Below, piece after piece: positions 54,915 through 64,000 of a DNA stretch of 64,000 bases; position 1 is the first letter of the stretch, and the number at the start of each line of letters is the position of its first letter. The stretch lies in contig CBDBCZ010000016.1 of assembly GCA_965203295.1 (NCBI GenBank), forward strand, positions 1,440,001 through 1,504,000, written 5' to 3'. The stretch is from Nitrospirales bacterium. GTDB taxonomy: Bacteria > Nitrospirota > Nitrospiria > Nitrospirales > UBA8639. The notes beneath the pieces are model-generated. The model worked only from the letters and a program-made list of their open reading frames with translations. It was not told where the DNA came from and ran no database searches. The translations under genes were made by a program, and so were the position numbers.

Positions 54915-56761
54915 TAGGTACCATGAAGGGTAGTTTCCTGCATTAGGTATCCATAATATGTACAGGATAGACCTACACCCAACCGTACGTGTGTGCCATT
55001 ATTATTCCAAGATAATGCCAAGGAATAAATACAAGACTTAGTGGGTTTATATGTATAGCAATTAGACTGTGGTTTGTACAGTATGAATGAGGTGTTTAAA
55101 ATATCCACTAAGCACTTCATCATAATTATATATTTCATACAGAGAAATTGAAAGCTGGAAACCATAGTCAAAGCTGCATGGTTGGTGCCCTCAGGTAGGT
55201 ATTTTAGCCGTTTAGAGACTGTCAGGATGTCCTTGGTGGTTATAGGTAGCATCATTCACGTCTCTAAAACGACTAGGATTGTCTGAGGGCCTAAGTTATA
55301 CATGATATTAGAGTGGATTTGATCTCTTTGACCACATTATGTATGTGTATATTCTACTGTGTAGTAGCATAGCAAATTTCTTCCATAAGATTTTTAGAAA
55401 CGAGAATGACAGGTGTGGCTTTTACAGGGTCATGAATACATTAACAGCAGAGTTGGAGCGTATGATTGTTTACACATTATATGCGGTGGTCATCTTTTTC
55501 CTGCGCCATCCCTACATATGGACTCCAGGAGTACTACTGTACTCCACTAGGGTGTATGCCTGAAGGTAGGCTAATGAGGGTTACATGTTGGCACCAGCAA
55601 GAGAGCAGCCATCATACATTTCAGGGACGCTGCCAAAGCCACTGGGTTTCTTACAAGGTGCTTTTTCATCTTCTCGCTTACCAAGTCTTCCATTTTCAAA
55701 TTCTCATGAGCTCTGTGCCTAAAACATCTGACTTTGAGGTCCATTTCTTTGTGCCTCATTTTAGGTTTCCAACATGCGAGAAACTAGATAGCTATACTGC
55801 AACATTTCAAATGAAGCCACCAGTTCACCATCGTGAGTGCTGCATTAATATCACTGATGCTGTAGCACCTCATGCAAGCAATATGCTGCTAGAAACCTTA
55901 ACAACCTATCCTTGTTGCCTAGTTACCAGTGTTGATGCAGCATCATAGTGACTCTTAGTGACTCTTGGTGTTGTAGTCAGTGGCGTGGCTTACTGCCTGG
56001 CAACTGGTCAAGGCTAGTAAACATGCATGCATCTCCTGGGTGATTGTTTATACAGATAGGCTGTTCAAGTTCCTTCTGCAGTTGCCTCTGGCAAAAATAC
56101 TGCCGCTTCCAGTACACAAAATGTTGTCCTGGAAATCCAGCAATCATCGTGTCTTGAAATCTCGCAATGTACACAAAGCATGCGAAATTTATTTCCGCAA
56201 AAGGGTTAACTATGACAAAACCGCAGAAATTGTGCGCCTTGAAAATTTGCCGCTATGCGGTATTTAGCTAGTGATCTACATGCATCTATGGCAATTTCAG
56301 CAACATGCAGAAGGAGCTTGGACACCCTATTTGTACAAACAATCACCCAGGAGACTCACACATGTTTACTTGATGTTGGAGGAAAACGGTGAACTTAAGC
56401 AGTGATGGGTGGCTGAACCTCAGCATGCTAGTAGCTATTCGAGACCAACTTAAAGTGAGCCTTGCGCTACACGTAATCCTGAGATGGCAGTTGGTTATGA
56501 AAAGACAATAACCAAAAACAGTATAGCTGATACAAGAAAAAGGTTATACCTACAAAACATAACAGGGTAGAAACGTGTATTGCTGCCTTATGTATTACAT
56601 TGGTGATAATGTTGCTACAATGTCAGTGAATAATGATGTTGACACAATGTACAGCTCAGCAAATAGTGTCAAAACATCCTACATGTGCATGTATAAAGAA
56701 GGCATGGGAGGAGTGTTAAACAGTGCCATTAATCAGCAACCAATACAGAGGTAGGCTAAAG

Positions 56762-57943
56762 CTACTGAACATAGAGTTCAATTACTTCAAGAGGAGTATC
56801 TTCCCGGCTCCTTGTCACACCAGGTCGCAATATACGATTGCCTGTTCGGAAGGAAGCACACAGTCTCACATCTATAGTATCAGTGGTGGGTGCAATGTCT
56901 GTGCGGAAGTAGGGAGTTCTGTTGAACTGACAGCAAGTGCTACGTCGCCCGCAACCTCTACCGTCCCACAGTGGGGCTTCAAGGTGAAATCGGTCGTCGG
57001 GCACGCCGGTGGCCTGGCTTCCGGTATCGCAGAAGAAATTTCTCCCAATATATGGTGGTACTAGAGGTAGTACATCTCCCGATGGTGTTTCTCCTTCCGT
57101 GCAGGGACAAGCTCTTTGTTTGTCCGCAAACTCGCTCTGTGCTGCTGCAAATGTCCAGATATGGGTACGATGTCCACTCTGTCCGTGGGTGATGCTAACT
57201 CCGTCGACATATTCCTCATCGATAGTGGCATTGGTCTCATCGTAGTAGATGAATCCATCAGGTGCTTCACGTTGATACCCGATAACTTTACCACACACAC
57301 GAGAGTACTCCACACCTTGCACACTGTAGGGAACAGCATCACAGCCTGGCATCCTGCGGTTTTCAACTCGGGTGCACAGCCTCCTTGAGCTGTCGCCTGG
57401 TGGTGAAATTGTCACCAAAGGCTGGGGACAGGAGTTGCACTGGGTATTGTTCATGTTGAGATTGGCCACCCTCATCCACCCCCTGGAGCCACCACACGAT
57501 CGGTCGTCAGCATGGACCTCCAGATCACAGTAGACCAGCACAGCATCACGTACCGTATTTCTTATCCAGTAGTTGCCAGAGGTTGCACAGGAGCAGCGGG
57601 CAGCCAGATCCTGGCAGGAAGCTGCAGGGTTCTGAGGTGTTCCGATACTGCAGCACGAAAGAATGTTTGCTTCAAAGCTATCGCATGCACAGGTCCCTGG
57701 ATCAACGACATTGGCACGAGGAGGTGGGGTCACGGTAGGGTCTTCACAGCAGTTACACCGCTTGTCTTGTAGTGTCGTGTTGATGTCGGTCAGCCGTCGT
57801 AGGATCTCTTGTGTTGAATTGTCGACTCCTCTGCACGAATGCTCTTCCATATCAACTGCTTCACACCTGTACAGTTGTTGGCTACTGACTGTGGTGAAAA
57901 GAACACCACAGATAGCTAGGATCAGAAGTGCCTGGTTGAACAT
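56762..57943 (-). CDS. Secreted Cys-rich fibrinogen/COLFI-like protein, array copy 5 (type B), 393 aa
   Basis: Intact ORF, closest to copy 2. Confidence 0.9.
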   Translation of the reverse strand: MFNQALLILAICGVLFTTVSSQQLYRCEAVDMEEHSCRGVDNSTQEILRRLTDINTTLQDKRCNCCEDPTVTPPPRANVVDPGTCACDSFEANILSCCSIGTPQNPAASCQDLAARCSCATSGNYWIRNTVRDAVLVYCDLEVHADDRSCGGSRGWMRVANLNMNNTQCNSCPQPLVTISPPGDSSRRLCTRVENRRMPGCDAVPYSVQGVEYSRVCGKVIGYQREAPDGFIYYDETNATIDEEYVDGVSITHGQSGHRTHIWTFAAAQSEFADKQRACPCTEGETPSGDVLPLVPPYIGRNFFCDTGSQATGVPDDRFHLEAPLWDGRGCGRRSTCCQFNRTPYFRTDIAPTTDTIDVRLCASFRTGNRILRPGVTRSREDTPLEVIELYVQ

Positions 57944-58563
57944 TCTCTTTTTGCCAGTTGAGAAGTAGCGGATGGAGAATTGAAAGGGGTATATTTATCC
58001 ACTTCGTTTAGTTAACAGTAAGATTTACTACTTTGTGACAAAAAGACTTTCATTTATATAGACTGAAAATGAATCTGCACATGTGCAGCATGCAGACCAA
58101 AAGTCCATGGTGTAAAAAGACTTCCAAATATGGCCATAGAATAGGTTTGGGTTCAAGTGTCTCTGTAATTGACAATTGTGCCACTTGTTTGTCTTACTTG
58201 TGGGGGAATTAGAATTTGCCCCCTCTCTCCTGTTGCCTAGCTACCAGTTTTGGTACAGCATCATAGTGACCACACTTGGTATTCTCAGTCAGTGACGTAG
58301 CTTATTGCCTACGTTTGATTATGTCTGTGAGGGCAAACATCAGTTGGCAAAATCGTTTTACACATCCATGTTCACATCCTTTTTTCAACTTCGTACATTG
58401 CAAGGGACATCCTGTTAGCTATCCTATATAGCTTCACATTCTGAGCTGATTTAGAATTTAGTTTTGTAGGGATGGCTGTATATGTGAAGCTATACATGTA
58501 GATTATATTGCACAAAATGACTTGTTTTACTCACCAAAGCCACACTTCAGGCTTAGGTACCAT

Positions 58564-58839
58564 TAGTCTCGTGACCAGCCCCACGTTAGAAAAGTGGGTC
58601 TGGCTCCCCATATATTCAAAGTTGGGGCAGCAGTACATCATATTCCAGTGTAGTACATGCATGAAAACATTACATCACCAAACTGATAGAGTCCATGTGG
58701 CCACTAGTATATATATATTATCCGGATACTGCAACCGTTTAGTGATATAATACTGGGACTGCTGACATAATGCTGCCCCAACTTTGAATATACGGGGAGC
58801 CAGACCCACCTTTCTAATGTGGGGCTGGGCACGAGGCTA
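58564..58839. mobile_element. Paralogue of MITE 31903-32433 without the nested insertion
   Basis: Same TIRs and aggtaccat TSD; only one tgtggccac. Confidence 0.85.
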
Positions 58840-60361
58840 AGGTACCATGAAAGAGAGTTTCCTTCATATAATTTAGTTAACCCACACTAGTACTGAGGCA
58901 AAATAAAATGGATCGATCACAAATCTGTCTTCAAAGTGAGATTTTTAGCCACAGAACTCATGAGATTGGTAATTGAGGAGATGAAAATGTACCTTGCAAG
59001 GAGCCAAGTGGCCTTGGCAATGTACCTTGGGAAGCTGGCAATTATCCCTTGGGATTGAGGGTAAAAGTGTTGATAAAATTAAGTTGACATCCATTACTTT
59101 GCAGCTACAGCTTTGTCTACATCTGCAAGTGGACATCTTAATTTAGTCACTTATATAGGTTGACATTAAGGCTTAGCAATTTAGTTTAGCACACGATAGA
59201 ATTTTTCCGTATGTGAAGTGATACAAATAAAACTAGATAAATATTTCAACCGAAACCACCAGTTTGCCATCATATAGTGAGTGCTGCAATAATATCACTG
59301 ATTGACTACATGCCTGCATAAATTATACTAGATTACAGAAAGCTACCAGTGTATAGATTTAAGGAGTACATGAATATGTTTGTTGTTATCAACTACTCCT
59401 CCAGTACTGAGGTCCTTCCTGAAATGTATGATGGCTTCTCTCTTGCTGGTGCCAACGCGTAACACTCATTAGCATACCGTCAGGCATACATGTAGGACCT
59501 AGGAATATCGTGGAGTATAGTAGTACTACTGGAGTCGATATGTAGGGATGGCACAGGAAAAAAATGACCACCGCAAATGAGTGTTTTCTAAAAAATCTTT
59601 TTTCGGAAGCAATTTTTTATGGTATTATACACGTGCACAGTGTGGTCAAATAGATCAAATCCACTTGAATTAGTGCCCTCAGGCAATATTAGCTGTTTTA
59701 GAGATGTGAATGATGCTACTTTTCAACCTATAACCACCAAGGGCATCCTGACAGTCTCTAAAAATACCTGCCTGAGAGCCCTAACCAGCTTTGACTATGG
59801 TTTCCCGTTTTCAATTTCTCGGTATGAAATATAACTTACCTTCTCACCTTCTCTGCATGCAAGTGGATGACAGCCCTCTCCTTGTTTAATGTATATTCGA
59901 AAAAAAAGAAAAGCGACATGCAGCTATAATTGTGTGATAATCTACAAGGGTTTCGGTATCTGTTTAAATATTGTATTCTCTGGAGGACAATAACCAGTTT
60001 GTGAAATTAATGTTCACATGCAGTATTTTGTGGGACCAAACAACTCATTCTCTGCATGTGTATGCAAGTGGATGACAGCTCGCTCCTTGCACAACCATGG
60101 AAAATGGCGACAGTGACATGCATCTCACAGTTTGTGTGATGGTATCTTTGCTGTTAGCAACATTGCAGATGTGTGGGAGTTTGAACACCCTATATGGATG
60201 GGGAAACAATCACCCAGGAGACGCATACTTTTTGGAGTGTATACTAGCACTTGACTAGTGTTGCCTGGCACTATCAAGCTAGTGTCATGAGTCTCCTTGT
60301 TCATTTATTGACATTGGCTTTGTGGAGCACTGTAATTTCCTGGTAACTATATTGTGGGTGA

Positions 60362-63300
60362 AGCAATTGACAATTGTGGCACTTGTTTGGCTTACCTGTG
60401 ACTCTGTATGACTTAGCAAGCTTCAAAGTCTTAGCCAAAAAACAGGATGGTGTGGGTAGAAAAACCCTATCATGCTTCTCAAATTACACCCTCAAATTGT
60501 TGCCTAGTTACCGGTTGTGATACAGCATCATAGTGACAGTCAATGACCTAGCTTATTGCCTGACAACTAGTCAAGACATGTATGTGACTCCTGGGTGATT
60601 GTTTATCCATATAGGGTTTGAAACTCCTTCTGCATGTTACTGACAGCAAAGATATAAACTATAGATGTATGTCACTCTGCCATTTTTCAAATGTACATTT
60701 AGCAAAGAGCGAGCTGTAATCTACTTGCATGCACATACAAAGAATGAGTTGTTTGGTCCCACATTTTTCGGAAGTGTACAGTGCTGGTATATTTTGTTTT
60801 CTGCATGCAAGTAGATGACAGCCCTCTCCTTGTTAAATGTATACTCGGACAAAAAGCAAAGCGACATGCAGCTATAGTTTGTGTGATAAACTATAAGGTT
60901 TATGTATTCTTTTTAAAAAAGTCAGTTGGTAAAATAATTGTTCACATCTTACTTTGTAGCTTCATTGCAAGTGACACTTTGTTATCCCTCACATAAGTAT
61001 TTTAGCAACTGGTGGGCATCACAAATGTGGGCAAGTTGTATTGCATCTTCCAATGGTGTTTCTCTTTCTGTGAATGGACAAGCACTTTTTTGGCTGATGT
61101 ACTGTCTCGTTCTGTGCAGCTACAAATGTCCTGATATGGGTAGTGGAGTCTAGGAACAAGGCTAGGGAAAAACATCCGGAATAACGTCCGGAAACGCTTG
61201 CAATGTAATGGTTCAAGGGTCACTATAATTGACAGTTGGGCCACTTGTTTGGCTTGTATGTGACCTGTATGAGTGAGTAAAGTAGCTCATGCAATGTGGG
61301 GGAAATGTGCTACCTAGGAAACCTTATTTCCTAGTTACCAGTGTTGATACAGCATCATACTGACTCTGGACCATATTTGGAATTGTGTATAAACATTGAA
61401 TGAAGTAGCGTATTGCCTGGCAACTACATGTAGTCAAAGCTAGTATGCATACATGAGTCTCCTGGGTGATTGTTTATTGACATTGACTTTGTTTTGGAGC
61501 ACTGTACATTTCCTGGCAAAACAAGCAATTGACAATTGTGGCACTTGTTTGGCTTACCTGTGACTCTGTATGACTTAAGCAAGCTTCAAAGTCTTAACCA
61601 AAAAACATGATAGTGTGGGTGGAAAATCCTGCCATGGTTCTCAAATTACACCCTCAAAGCGTTGCCTAGTTACCAGTTATGATACAGCATCATAGTGACA
61701 GTCAGTGACCTAGCATATTGCCTGGCAACTAGTCAAGACATGTATGTGACTCCTGGGTGATTGTTTATCCATATAGGGTTTTGATTTGCCTTGTGCATGT
61801 TGCTGACAGCAAAGATACCATTACACAAACTGTAGCTGCATGTCACTCCGCCATTTTCCATTTAGCAAGGAGCGAGCTGTCATCTACATGTACTTACTTG
61901 CACATGCAGAGAATTAGTTGTTTGATCCCACCTTCTCTGCATGCAAGTGGATGACAACCCTTTCTTTGTTAAATGTATATTCGGACAAAAAGCGAAGCGA
62001 CTTGCACCTATAGTATTCTATAAGGTTTCAGTATCTGTTGAATTATTGTGAGGACTAAAGTCAGTTGGTAAAATTAATGTTCACATTCATTACTTTGTAG
62101 CTTCATTGCAAGTGACACCCTGTTAGCTATATCGCTTCACATTCTGAGCTGCTTCAGAAATTAGTTTTGCACTGGATAGAATTTTTCTGTATGTGAAGCC
62201 ATACATGTAGCTTCCTTTGCTCATCAAAGCCACGTTAAAGAGTAGTTTCCTGCATTAGGTAACCACAATATGTACAGGATAGACCTACACCCAACCGTTG
62301 GTTGTGTGCCAGTGTTATTCCGAGGCAAAGCCAAGGAATAAATACAAGTGGGTTTAGCTATTATGTGTAGCACTTGCTCTGTGATTTGCACAATATAAAT
62401 AAGTTGTAGACACCTCATCATACCGTACGTATAAAGCGCTCATGGGCAGGGAACCTTAGAATGCAGCGGAAAAGGGGGGTGGGCACTTACTACGTATTCG
62501 TCCGCAAACGGCATGTAGTATCTGCCCACCACCCTGGAAGTGAGGAATCTTCACCATAATATATTTTCTACCATGAACGTTTGATTATTATATTCCATTG
62601 AGGTAAAGTCAATGTGAACGTTTGATTATTATATTCCATTGAGGGTAAAACTGTTGATAAATGTTTACTTTTATAGGTGTGTACAGTTCCTTGAACCACT
62701 ACATTGTAAATAGGTTTTTATCCCCTTATACAGGCAAATAGGTTTCACTCCCCTTTCTTCCGCTTATAGGGAACGTTTTCCGCTTAGAGGGAACCTTCCC
62801 TCTAAGCGAAAGTGGGCTGGCCCGCGAGACTAGTCTGGGACAGTATGGCCTAGGATCCATCTGTTGCCTCACTTGATTCCCAAAGCCTGGCACACTAAAT
62901 GAGACTCCATGCATACCAAATCGGTTAGGTACCCGACGGACTGAAGGTGTGGTCAGCTGGAACGATACTGCCCTTTAGCTTTGTGCTTCGGTAGATATCA
63001 CATGGCACATGCAGGTTTCCGCTGGGGGCAAGATCCAAAGGTTACGCATTTTTTTTATTGACAAGTCTGACAGCAGTATATAACAGTTGACAAACAGATT
63101 TGTTTGGGAGGAGTCAGACTCCTCCCCTAAGACAAGTAGCTCAAGGGTCATGATGGTTCACAACTACAAAGGAAGATTTGCCATGGAGGCATCATCAATG
63201 GATGCAAAGGCATGCTCAGCAGGAGTGCCATTCACCAACTCTGCAGGGATCTGCTAGAAACTCACTGGCATGACTAAACTCTGCCACTTTGCTCAGCAAT

Positions 63301-64000
63301 AGGCACATTAGTCAATGAAGATATTGCTAGCCATCAAACTGGACTAAGGTCCTGTAAGTGTGATCAAGCTAGCCACTCAACAGCAAATATGAAGTGGGTA
63401 TGGCTCTAGCAAAGGGGTTACCACTAATTGTCCTGATTGTGCATGGGGTTCAAGACTGTTTGAGCTATAGGCCTAGGCTAGTTCATACCTATCACTGCTA
63501 TCAATACATACAGATGTGCCATGCAGGAATGCAATGGAAGTGGGAGGGACAGGAATGTTAGATTATGCCCTTTACCCATGTTAACTGCATGAACAGCAAA
63601 GGAAAACCCTTTCCATGATTCTGTGAAATTAATAAAGTAAGCCAGAATTAATCTTACAATTTAGTAGTAGTTAGTAGGTTGCCAAAAGCAGTAAACCTCT
63701 ACATGCATGTCAGCTGAATTTCAGCGACAAGCAGAATGAACTTGAACGCCCTATTTGTATAAGAAGACTCACACATTTACTTGTTGTTGGGGGGAAACAG
63801 TGAACTTAAGCAGTGATGGGAGGCTGAACCTGAGCATGCTAGTAGCTATGCGAGACTAACTGCGGTAAAGTGAGGCTTGCGCATACGTAATTCAGAGATG
63901 CCAGTTGGTTACGGAAAGACAATAACAAAAAACAGTATAGCTGATACAAAAAAAACGTACGAAGTGGAAACATATATTGCTACCTTAATAATAATGTGAA
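60362..64000 (+). repeat. Segmental duplication of ~35327-39855 (third copy of most of it at ~44060-47511)
   Basis: Almost base-for-base identity apart from a ~890-bp deletion at 62685. Confidence 0.92.

Larger units (their letters stand above)
48809..59052 (+). repeat. Segmental duplication of ~21677-32648 (spacer, Penelope-like element, type B gene and flank)
   Basis: Colinear near-identical sequence with shared nested insertions. Confidence 0.92.

Overview
Eukaryotic (animal) genomic DNA, most likely a demosponge; this is inferred from the gene family, the very small exons and the repeat types. The left quarter (1258-16515, + strand) holds a PDE2A-type GAF-GAF cyclic-nucleotide phosphodiesterase. 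I hand-spliced it into 31 GT-AG exons giving one open frame of 853 aa; the start exon was not found. Many of its acceptor sites are directly preceded by (CA)n or other microsatellites instead of a normal polypyrimidine tract. From about 20.2 kb to the window end is a tandem array of five intact, intronless, near-identical minus-strand genes for a ~390-aa secreted Cys-rich protein with a fibrinogen/COLFI-like C-terminal domain; a sixth copy is expected just past the right edge. The array has a higher-order ~24-27 kb duplication and one chimeric copy. Its spacers are built from shuffled modules that include a decayed piece of the gene itself. Mobile DNA includes two copies of a degenerate Penelope-like RT element (each split by a TA-TSD MITE), a 773-bp non-autonomous Helitron with a visible empty site, a family of 38-530 bp hairpin elements with 9-bp TSDs, and a tRNA-Thr-containing dispersed repeat. 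No CRISPR or prokaryotic system is supported.
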